Source: Gemmatimonas sp. | GTDB lineage: Bacteria > Gemmatimonadota > Gemmatimonadetes > Gemmatimonadales > Gemmatimonadaceae | Assembly: GCA_965279375.1 (NCBI GenBank) | Contig: OZ257156.1 | Location: 2,848,001-2,912,000 of the forward strand | Length of the DNA: 64,000 nucleotides | Direction: 5' to 3' | In this document: positions 1 to 8,231 of the stretch, piece after piece | How the letters are laid out: every line of letters begins with the position of its first letter | Position numbering within the stretch: position 1 is the stretch's first letter | Program-made: the position numbers and the translations under genes | The notes under the pieces: model-generated | Told to the model about the DNA's origin: nothing | Seen by the model: only the letters and a program-made list of their open reading frames with translations | The model's database searches: none

Positions 1-243
1 CACGTCGAACTCGAGATCTTCACGAACGTGTGGTGGCCGCAGGGGAAGCCGCTTGGCGTCGATCCACTCAGCGGAATGTTCGAGGGAGTGGTGTCGTTGG
101 GTGGCGTGGGACAGCAGCGCTGCCACCATCTCATTCGTGCGCGTGCGCGCGACTACAAGGGTGACGTGATTGCGAGTACGATGGTCGTGGACATCGGGCG
201 CATCGATGGCGGCGTGCCAGACCCTACCTGTGCGGCGCAGTAG
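1..243 (+). CDS. 3' end of a gene running in from the left; C-terminal domain paralogous to that of the adjacent GT-C glycosyltransferase
   Basis: Frame open from base 1 (HVELEIFTNVWWPQG...LGGVGQQRCHHLIR...PTCAAQ*); matches the C-terminus of 281..2296 (VDVFTNSWYPQG...LGGEGAERCAHIVR...IPCP). Confidence 0.75.
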   Translation, partial: HVELEIFTNVWWPQGKPLGVDPLSGMFEGVVSLGGVGQQRCHHLIRARARDYKGDVIASTMVVDIGRIDGGVPDPTCAAQ

Positions 244-280
244 AAGGCGGGCAGCGAGAGAGCGACGAGGCCGCCGGCAG

Positions 281-2296
281 CTACGGCTCGCTGCGAGACG
301 GGCAGGGGATGCTGGCGCTGTCCGCGGTCGTACGCCGAATGCCCGGTACGAGTACTTCGTGCAGAATGCGCTGGTCGGCACTGAGCAGTCGCACGCGCAC
401 GATGTGCGCGCAGCGCTCCGCACCTTCGCCGCCGAGCACGATGCGCCGCGCAAAGTGCCCTGTGCCCACGGAGAGATTGAGCGTATCTCCCTGCGGATAC
501 CAGCTGTTGGTGAAGACGTCCACGCTGAGTCGGGCGTTCGCCGGAAGATGCGCGATGTCGCCCACTACCGCGGTGGACGGAAAGGGTCCATCGGCCACGA
601 TCGTGGCGTTGGGCCGCGGTTCCGTGAGCACGATGGTCGGGGCGTCGCTTGCTCGACTGACCGGCGGTTGCACGCGTTCGTAGATGACGGCATCGGCGCC
701 GGTGTTGGGCTGCAGCGCCCGCATGCGTTCGACGTAGCGCGTGAGGATCACGGGGTCGATCGCGTTCTGAAGGGCGCGCGCGTCGTCGCTGTTGTTGCCA
801 TCCAGCACGACGTAGTCGAAGGCACCGTCCGCGACCGCGCGCGTGAACGCCTGCGGTGAGCGCATGCCGTCGACCTCGCGGGCATGCTCGTCCACGATTC
901 GCTCTTGCGGCGTGCGCCCATCGAGCAGGTAGCGAACGGCCGCATCGTCGAGTAATACGCGTTGCCCCGATTGAATGCGTTCGTGCAGGAAGCGCGCGAC
1001 GACCGCGCTGTTGGGCCAGCTAAGTGGGATGCCGTCGCGTGTGGCCGTCTGCCCGCGCAGCAGGTAGAGCGAGACGGCCACGAGCGTGACGAGCCATGGC
1101 GACAGGGAGCGATCGCGACGCAGCAGTCGATCGGCGATCACCAACACGCCCGCTGCGGCAACGGGCAGCAACACAAGCGCCGGGTAGACCACGTGCGCCC
1201 AGCCATGCGGGTCGAGCGCGCGCGGGCTGGGCGAGAGGGCGAGAAGCGCCGCAGTTGCCACGAGCAGGTTGATCGGCGCGCGGCGAGCACGGAGGGCGTA
1301 GGACGAGCTGTCGCTGCCGCCCTCCCGATTGGCGACGATGAGCGCCACCAGTGCGCAGGCCCCGAGCAGCCAGATGTCGAGTACGTCGCGCACATAGCGC
1401 TGCACCAGATCGTCGCCCTGCGCTCGCGCGCTGGCTGTGTTGGCCAGCAACGCCAGCATGCCACGCAGCACGTCTGCATAGCGCGCGACATACGCGCCAA
1501 TCGCAAACACCACGACCCCCGTGAACAGGGCGCGTCCCAGAGCCGCGCGCGGGCGTCCGTGCCACCACGCCGCAACGCACAGTACCGGCAGCAACACCAC
1601 CAGCACGTGCTTCACCAACACGAGCGCAACGGCGAGCAGCGCCGCAACGAGCCAGTATGGCCAGCCGTCCGCCGACCCACCTCCCGCTGACGACTGATTG
1701 GATGGCCGCCCATCGGGTGACCAGTCGCTGGACGACCATACGTTGGATGACCACGCACGGGCGAACGCCGCGAGCATCGCGGCCAACAGGGCCATGCCCA
1801 GAGCATCCGGTGTCGCGACGTGTGACGAGAGCACGGCCGGCATGAACACCGCGCCGAAGAGCGCGGCCACGAACGCGGCGCGCTCGTCGAAGAGGCGCCG
1901 CGTGAAGAGGAACACGCCGAGTACGGCGACGGTCCCGAGTCCAGCAGCGACCAGTCGAAGCAACCCCAGGCCGCCGAACCGATCCGCCGTCGCAGCGATC
2001 ACTGGCCAGAGATACCAGCCGAACGACGTGCGCATGTGGCCCGTCACGTCGACGCCCCCCTCGAGCAGGCGACGGCCCATCAGGATCATGGCGCTTTCGC
2101 CTTCAAACGCGGAGTTGAAGTCCACGCGATAGGCGCGCACCGTGAACGCGGCGATCAGCAGGAGTCCCAGCCATCCCGGGTGCTGCAACTCCTCCAACGA
2201 GCGCGACGCATTCGCGGTGGTCATCGTCGCATTTCGCGGTGGCGGATTGCGCTCTGCCGCGTGGCGCTCGGACGTGTTGCGCGGTGGCGCGTTCAC
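281..2296 (-). CDS. PMT/ArnT-family (GT-C fold) multi-TM glycosyltransferase with a periplasmic C-terminal domain (start could be ATG 2224)
   Basis: About 11-13 hydrophobic segments; loop after TM1 NSAFEGESA at the usual DE position; LRL...RRLFDERAAFVAA and ATPD patterns; similar to the divergent paralog. Confidence 0.7.
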   Translation of the reverse strand: MNAPPRNTSERHAAERNPPPRNATMTTANASRSLEELQHPGWLGLLLIAAFTVRAYRVDFNSAFEGESAMILMGRRLLEGGVDVTGHMRTSFGWYLWPVIAATADRFGGLGLLRLVAAGLGTVAVLGVFLFTRRLFDERAAFVAALFGAVFMPAVLSSHVATPDALGMALLAAMLAAFARAWSSNVWSSSDWSPDGRPSNQSSAGGGSADGWPYWLVAALLAVALVLVKHVLVVLLPVLCVAAWWHGRPRAALGRALFTGVVVFAIGAYVARYADVLRGMLALLANTASARAQGDDLVQRYVRDVLDIWLLGACALVALIVANREGGSDSSSYALRARRAPINLLVATAALLALSPSPRALDPHGWAHVVYPALVLLPVAAAGVLVIADRLLRRDRSLSPWLVTLVAVSLYLLRGQTATRDGIPLSWPNSAVVARFLHERIQSGQRVLLDDAAVRYLLDGRTPQERIVDEHAREVDGMRSPQAFTRAVADGAFDYVVLDGNNSDDARALQNAIDPVILTRYVERMRALQPNTGADAVIYERVQPPVSRASDAPTIVLTEPRPNATIVADGPFPSTAVVGDIAHLPANARLSVDVFTNSWYPQGDTLNLSVGTGHFARRIVLGGEGAERCAHIVRVRLLSADQRILHEVLVPGIRRTTADSASIPCPSRSEP

Positions 2297-2421
2297 GCGT
2301 GTGTGGATGGTTGGACGAGGACGCGCATCGCGGTAATTTGAGCCGCGACGCAGGCGACGGCAAAGCGGTCCTGTCGGTAGCCAGTCCGATTCCCTTTACC
2401 CAGTCATCCCTTCGTGGAATC

Positions 2422-3963
2422 GTGAGCGCGGAACAGAACCTCACGCGGACCCGCATTGCGACGGCCTTGTCGCTCGTGGCGATCGGCGTTGTGCAGTGGA
2501 ATGCGGCGCGTACGCTGCGCAACGATGCGTTCGTGGACGAAGCGACGTACATCGTCTCCGGTCAGCTCCTGCGCACGGCCCACGCCAGCGGCATCGCCGC
2601 ACCGCCGGTGGCGAACTATCTCTCCGGGGCGCCGCACCTCTATCCGCAGCTGGCCTCGCTGCTCTTCGAGCGCGGTGGCCTCGAAGCGGCGCGTACGTTC
2701 AGTCTGTTCTGCATGCTGGCGGCGCTCGTGGCCGTCTACAGCGCGGCGCGGGGCATCTTCGATCGCCGCCTCGCCGGTGTTGCGGCGGCGGCGCTGTTCT
2801 CAACGCAGGCGCCGGTGCTCTTTCTGTCGCGCTTCGCCACGTACGACGCGCTGTGTGTCGCGCTCCTGGCGATCGCACTCGCCTTCGCCGTGGACAGTCG
2901 CGCACGATGGCGCACGGCGACCGCCGTGGCGGCCGGCCTGTGCATCGGTACGGCAGCGGTCGTGAAGTACGCTGCACTGCTCTACCTGCCATGCATCGTA
3001 CTGGTCGCAGCGTTTTCCGTGCCGTCGCTGTCGCTGTTCTCCAGCGCGCGCCTCACGCGCGGCGCCATCGCCGCCGCCGCCGCGCTCACCGTAGCGGGCT
3101 TGCTCGTGTCCCTCGGCGAGCCGTCGCGACTCCTGACGGGATTCGTCACCACCACGCTGACGCGCGCCGTCACCAGTGGCGGGCGCGCGATAGATCTGCT
3201 GCTCTTCGCGTCGGCACTCGGCGGCGTGTCTGCGTTGCTCGCGCTGCCGGCCATGGCGATTGCGTCCTCCGCGAGACGCTTCACGAGCATCACCATATTC
3301 GTGTGGGCATTGTTGGCGCCGCTCAATCATGTGCGGCTGCACGAGTTTGTCTCGCTGCACAAGCACATGGCGTTCGCGCTCGTGCTCTTCACCGTACTCG
3401 CCGGTGGAACCATTGCTGCGCTGATGTCGTGGATTCGTCGACGCTGGGAGTACGATCAGCTCTTGATCGCGTTTGCCGTCGCCGCCGCGTCGCTCGCGAT
3501 CTGTGCGCGCGCCATCGTGCGCCCGGGGCAAACCGAAGCGGATCGGCTGTTTCGCTATTGGCCCAACAACACCAGCTACGCCTACCGGGCCATCGCACCG
3601 GTGCTCCGCAGCGATGCGCACTATCTCGCCGAAGAGCCCGACCTCGGCACGCTTTACCTCGGTACGCGCGCGCCGGTCTCGCAGTGGGTGCACCCGTACT
3701 TCTTCGACTACGACGGCCAGCGGGCACGCACGCCATCGGATCTCGCGCCTTTCCGCTCCGCCATTCGCGACGGGTACTTCACCGCCATCGTACTGCGCTT
3801 CGGGCCGCAACGCACGTGGGCCAATGCGATGGAGGAGGCGCTGCTGCGTTCACAGCCGCGCTATCGACTCGCCGCGCGGCTCCCTTTCGAATTGGCCGAC
3901 GGACCGGGCGCGTATCAGGTGTGGGTGCGCAGCGACGCGCCGGGCGCCGGACAGGTGCGCTGA
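2422..3963 (+). CDS. PMT/ArnT-family (GT-C fold) glycosyltransferase
   Basis: AFVDEATY motif after TM1, LSRFATYD, VVKY; multi-TM; GTG start at 2422 inferred within ORF 2239..3963. Confidence 0.75.
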   Translation: MSAEQNLTRTRIATALSLVAIGVVQWNAARTLRNDAFVDEATYIVSGQLLRTAHASGIAAPPVANYLSGAPHLYPQLASLLFERGGLEAARTFSLFCMLAALVAVYSAARGIFDRRLAGVAAAALFSTQAPVLFLSRFATYDALCVALLAIALAFAVDSRARWRTATAVAAGLCIGTAAVVKYAALLYLPCIVLVAAFSVPSLSLFSSARLTRGAIAAAAALTVAGLLVSLGEPSRLLTGFVTTTLTRAVTSGGRAIDLLLFASALGGVSALLALPAMAIASSARRFTSITIFVWALLAPLNHVRLHEFVSLHKHMAFALVLFTVLAGGTIAALMSWIRRRWEYDQLLIAFAVAAASLAICARAIVRPGQTEADRLFRYWPNNTSYAYRAIAPVLRSDAHYLAEEPDLGTLYLGTRAPVSQWVHPYFFDYDGQRARTPSDLAPFRSAIRDGYFTAIVLRFGPQRTWANAMEEALLRSQPRYRLAARLPFELADGPGAYQVWVRSDAPGAGQVR

Positions 3964-3977
3964 GCTACTCGGCGCAC

Positions 3978-5960
3978 TCAGAACGCGTGACGAATGCCCA
4001 GTCGCGCCTGCTGCAAGCGGAATCCGCCGAGGTTGTCGAGGTAGAAGAAGCCGCCCGAGGCGTCCCAGCCACGCTTCCCCACCAAGCGTAGTTCGGTGTT
4101 GGCGCTGAAGCTGTTTGCGTTGGGGACGTTCTCGCGACCCGACACGAGCTGTCCGACGGAGCCATCGGTGCGCCAGGTTAACCGCCCATTGATGGGGACG
4201 ATCAGGCCGAGCGAGATGAATGCATTGCCGAAGTCCTTGGGACTCCAGTAGCCGCCGAACTCGTTGGGTACTGAATTGGGTCCGCCTCGGTTGGCGTCGA
4301 ATTCGAAGCCGAAGTAGGAAAGCCCCGTGCCCAGCTCGAAACGCGCACCGGTGCCACCGATGCCGAAGCCGCGCGTCGCCGACGCGCTGAACTCGCGCCG
4401 CACGTTGTTGCGCAGCGCGGACGCTGTGTAGACGCCGATGCCCGCCGTGCCCTGAAGGGTGATGCCGGCGGCGACATTCGGCAGACGCAGCACCAGCCCC
4501 GTCGTGTTGGCGCGTACCTGCCCGATGAAGATCCCGTTTTCGGTCACACCGGTCGCGGCGCGACGGGAATCCTCGATGGCCGCGCGTCGCGCAAAGAGGC
4601 GCAACGTTCCGCGCGTAGAGAGCGCCGTCTCGATCTCTGCCGCCGCAGTCCAACCCGTGGGGGCGCGCTGATAGCGTTCGGCGCCTACTTCCAGTCGCGC
4701 GAGTGTCAGACGCGTCGAGCGCTTCTCGATGGCGGCGGACACGCTGCCCGAGATGAAGTGCTCGTTGGGTGCGACGAATTGCGTCGGCCCCCCTGACAGC
4801 GACAGGCGCGTGCCCGGCGCAACCGGTACGGATACGCTGGTGAGCGCGCGCGTGAGCGTCAGGCCAAACGACGTGTGCGCCACGACCGCGTCCACGCCCA
4901 CGATCGGTGCTGCACCGCGACGCACCCAGTCCGGTGCGCTCGGAAAGCTGGTTTCCTGCAGGCGACGCGCGACTTGGCGGGCTTCGGAGAATTCGCCGGC
5001 CGCCAACAACGCATAGGCCAACTGTTCGGTGAGTTGCGTATTGCCGGGCGCGCGCGCCACCTGCGGACGCAGCACCGCCACCGCTTCACCGGGGCGACCT
5101 ACTTGCACCAGCAGATTGCCGCGTCCCAGCAGCAATACGCTGTCATTCGGAGCGCGCGCAAGCAGCGAGTCAGCAAGCGCCAGCGCGGCCTTCGAGCGAC
5201 CGCTCCACGTGAGCACGTTCAGCCGTCCGCGCGCTGCTGCGAGGTTGCCGGGTGAGCGAACACCCACGCGCTCGTAGATGCGCATCGCTTCGGCGCGCGT
5301 TTCCGGCACCCACGAGAGGACGTCCGCGTACTCCGTCAGCAGCTCCAACGATGACGTATCCTCGCGCACGAGCGCGGCCAGGCGACGAACGCCGTCGGCG
5401 CGTGTGGACGGATCCCAACTCTGCGCCGACGCGATGGCATGTCGGACCTCGCGATTGCCCGGCGCCGCGCGTTCCAGCTCGCGCAGCAACGTCAGCCCTT
5501 CCGCACGCGTGGTCGCCGACCACGTGAGGGTCTGTCCGAGTGCGAGCTTGAGCTCCGTCGAGTCGGGCGCGAGCGCGACTGCTTTGCGCAGATGCACCAA
5601 CCCTGCCTGCGTCTCGCCCGACCACGCGAGCCACTGGCCAAGGTCTCGCTCGAGCGAAAAGTCAGACACGCCAAGCGCCGCGAGACGTTGCGAGAAGGGC
5701 AGTGCTTCTCGCCACTTGCCCTGGTTACTGAACAGCGAAGACAGTTCGCGCAGCGCCGGCCGCGACGTCGTATCGGTACGCAGCACCACGCGATACAACG
5801 ACTCGGCGCGTACCAGCGCGCCACGGCGATTCGCGGCGCGCGCCGAATCCAGCGCAGCCGTTGTGTTCTGCGTGGAAGTCGCTTGCGCCACTGCGGGACG
5901 GAGTGGCGAGAGCGAGGCGATGCCCAAGGCGATGGCCGCGAACAGTCGAGGAGAGTTCAC
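3978..5960 (-). CDS. bcsC: BcsC-like TPR + outer-membrane beta-barrel polysaccharide export protein
   Basis: Signal peptide; repeated TPR units (LAWSG/LTWS/LSWV); C-terminal beta-strands with RRAAIEDS and GGYWSP (cf. BcsC GGY[FY]SP); terminal Phe; GTG start overlaps the upstream TGA (GTGA). Confidence 0.7.
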   Translation of the reverse strand: MNSPRLFAAIALGIASLSPLRPAVAQATSTQNTTAALDSARAANRRGALVRAESLYRVVLRTDTTSRPALRELSSLFSNQGKWREALPFSQRLAALGVSDFSLERDLGQWLAWSGETQAGLVHLRKAVALAPDSTELKLALGQTLTWSATTRAEGLTLLRELERAAPGNREVRHAIASAQSWDPSTRADGVRRLAALVREDTSSLELLTEYADVLSWVPETRAEAMRIYERVGVRSPGNLAAARGRLNVLTWSGRSKAALALADSLLARAPNDSVLLLGRGNLLVQVGRPGEAVAVLRPQVARAPGNTQLTEQLAYALLAAGEFSEARQVARRLQETSFPSAPDWVRRGAAPIVGVDAVVAHTSFGLTLTRALTSVSVPVAPGTRLSLSGGPTQFVAPNEHFISGSVSAAIEKRSTRLTLARLEVGAERYQRAPTGWTAAAEIETALSTRGTLRLFARRAAIEDSRRAATGVTENGIFIGQVRANTTGLVLRLPNVAAGITLQGTAGIGVYTASALRNNVRREFSASATRGFGIGGTGARFELGTGLSYFGFEFDANRGGPNSVPNEFGGYWSPKDFGNAFISLGLIVPINGRLTWRTDGSVGQLVSGRENVPNANSFSANTELRLVGKRGWDASGGFFYLDNLGGFRLQQARLGIRHAF

Positions 5961-7960
5961 GCGGCCGACGCGGATCCGGGGAGTGAGGCAGGCGGCTTGC
6001 CTTCGGGCAGCGCCGGGGAATCGGGTGGCGTGAGACCGGTGCGAATTCTTGGCTCCTGATGTTGCGTGGTCATCGTCAGCCACTGCGCGTGTCGTGGCGC
6101 GACTTCCATCAACAAGTGCTGCATGATTGCGTCGCCGTTGTCGAAGTCGGTGACGAGGAAACGAATGCCGTTCGCGTAGCGTCGCTTGCCGCGCACCCTG
6201 AAGCCTTCCGTCCACGCCACCTGCCCAAACGCCTGCACGTGGCGATCAGGGAGCGCGAGTTTGACCGTCACGAAGGTGCCCACCGCGAGTTCTTCGTCGA
6301 GCGTGACCGACACGCCGCCGCGGTTGAGATTGCGCGCGAACGTCGTGCCGGTGATGCCGGCACGGCCCTTCGCATCGATCCGCTGGAGTTCGAAGCGCGC
6401 TTCCACGTCGAGGTCCTGCGGGAAGCGGTACATCGACCGCGCTTCCTTGCGCTCGAGCACTCGCGCCACCGCCGGCGACGTGACCGCGAAGAAGTACACA
6501 CCAAAGCAGGCGGTGACGATGTATGCCCAGAACTGCCCTTCGTTCTCCGCCTGCCATGCCTGCACAACGGCCCAGACCATGGCCGTGTAGACGAGGAATA
6601 GGAGCACGATGTAAGGCGCCGCCTGCGTGAATGGCGCGGCCGGCGCGCGCGACTTGGGTGTGACCTGAAAGGCCGCATTGCGCGAGAAGTATCCCGAGAT
6701 CGCCGTCAGCGTCGCGTGGATCTTCACGAAGTTGTACCGCTCCATCAGGAACGGCGTGCGCCAATTGCCGGCAAGGATGCTGGTGCCGGCGAGATTCGCG
6801 GCGAGAAACGGCAAGTAGTGGCTGGCGAATTGCAGCGGATCGCTGAGCAGCGGGAAGATGCCGGTCAGCGACGCAAAGATGACGGTCGCCACGCTGAGCA
6901 GTCGCACCCAGCTGAAAATCACGTTGTACTCGTACGACGCCAGATAGCACAGCCGCTGTCCGAGCGAGAGCCCGGGGCCGAGCAGCGGTCGCTCCATGCG
7001 CAGCACCTGCGTGGAGCCGATGCCCCACCGGCGCCACTGCGCCGAATACCCAGAGAACGTCTGCGCCGCCAAACCGCGCGCCACGCTGCGGTTGAAGTAC
7101 AGCACGCGCCAGCCGCGCTTCTGCAGACGGAGCCCGGTGTGCAGGTCTTCCGTGATGGAGCCCGTCGCAAAACCGCCGATGTCGTCGAGCGCTGCCCGAC
7201 GAATCATGGCTGGGCTGCCGCAATAGATCGTCGCGTTGAAGCCGTCCTTGGACGGCTGGATGATGCTGAAGAACAGCTCCTGCATCTGCCAACCGCTGCG
7301 CTCTTTCCAGTCCATCTCGTGCTGGAACGAGTCGAGGTTGTAGCAATCCTGATTGGCCTGCACAATCGCCACTTCGCCTGCGACGAAGAAGCCGATCATC
7401 TCGTCGATAAGCTCCGGCACCGGCACGTGGTCCGCATCGAGCGTGACCACGAATTCTGCGGCGCTGTGCCTCAGGCCGTTGTTCAGATTGCCGGCCTTGG
7501 CGTCGCTGCGATCGGCGCGACCGAGATACACGCATCCGAATTCGGCAGCCAACGCCGCGACTTCGGGGCGATTGCCGTCGTCCAGCACCAGCGTGCGATG
7601 CGGATAACGGATATCGACTGCGCAGGACACCGTATCGCGCAGCAATTCCAGCGGCTCGTTGTACGTCGCGATGAACACATCGACCGTGCGATACAGCAGC
7701 GGCGGCGGTACGCGATACAACCGCTGTCTCCACGTCACCACCATCAGGCCGACCGTGGATACGAACGCCAGCATCTCCGTTGCGAGAAACAGCACGAAGA
7801 ACCAGTGCGCGGCGGGATTGTCCGTTTCCGTGGCCCGCCAGAACAGATAACGCACACCCAGCGCGATCGTGGCCACCGACAACGCGCGTTGCGACCACAC
7901 GAGCGCGCGTGGGCGCGTCACCAGTGCGAGCGGCGTGTTGGTAGCGGGAGCAGGGGACAT
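5957..7960 (-). CDS. bcsA: Cellulose synthase catalytic subunit-like GT2 with a C-terminal PilZ domain
   Basis: RYLFWR, TYNEP, DDG, KAGNLN, DADH, YCGS, TED, QWRRW (QxxRW), FQVTPK gating loop; PilZ RSMYR...NLNRGG. Confidence 0.85.
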   Translation of the reverse strand: MSPAPATNTPLALVTRPRALVWSQRALSVATIALGVRYLFWRATETDNPAAHWFFVLFLATEMLAFVSTVGLMVVTWRQRLYRVPPPLLYRTVDVFIATYNEPLELLRDTVSCAVDIRYPHRTLVLDDGNRPEVAALAAEFGCVYLGRADRSDAKAGNLNNGLRHSAAEFVVTLDADHVPVPELIDEMIGFFVAGEVAIVQANQDCYNLDSFQHEMDWKERSGWQMQELFFSIIQPSKDGFNATIYCGSPAMIRRAALDDIGGFATGSITEDLHTGLRLQKRGWRVLYFNRSVARGLAAQTFSGYSAQWRRWGIGSTQVLRMERPLLGPGLSLGQRLCYLASYEYNVIFSWVRLLSVATVIFASLTGIFPLLSDPLQFASHYLPFLAANLAGTSILAGNWRTPFLMERYNFVKIHATLTAISGYFSRNAAFQVTPKSRAPAAPFTQAAPYIVLLFLVYTAMVWAVVQAWQAENEGQFWAYIVTACFGVYFFAVTSPAVARVLERKEARSMYRFPQDLDVEARFELQRIDAKGRAGITGTTFARNLNRGGVSVTLDEELAVGTFVTVKLALPDRHVQAFGQVAWTEGFRVRGKRRYANGIRFLVTDFDNGDAIMQHLLMEVAPRHAQWLTMTTQHQEPRIRTGLTPPDSPALPEGKPPASLPGSASAA

Positions 7961-8231
7961 GCGGACTTGAAAGAGGCGAAGACCATCTCGGAGCGCGTCG
8001 TAGCATCGCGTACTGCGATCGCGTGCAGCGATCGCGCACTACCAAGACGAACGGCACACCGTGGTGGCACGAACGTCACCATGCTGGCTGCCCGCGCACG
8101 CGCGCTCGTACGTGCCCGGCATCCTGTGTTTCGGCGGCGGCCAAAGCCCTCAAGAATGCCCAGCGGTTCGACGATGAAGAGCAACACGGTCACCAGCACC
8201 GGTTTTTCTCCGTCGCCAAGCCAGCCCGTCC

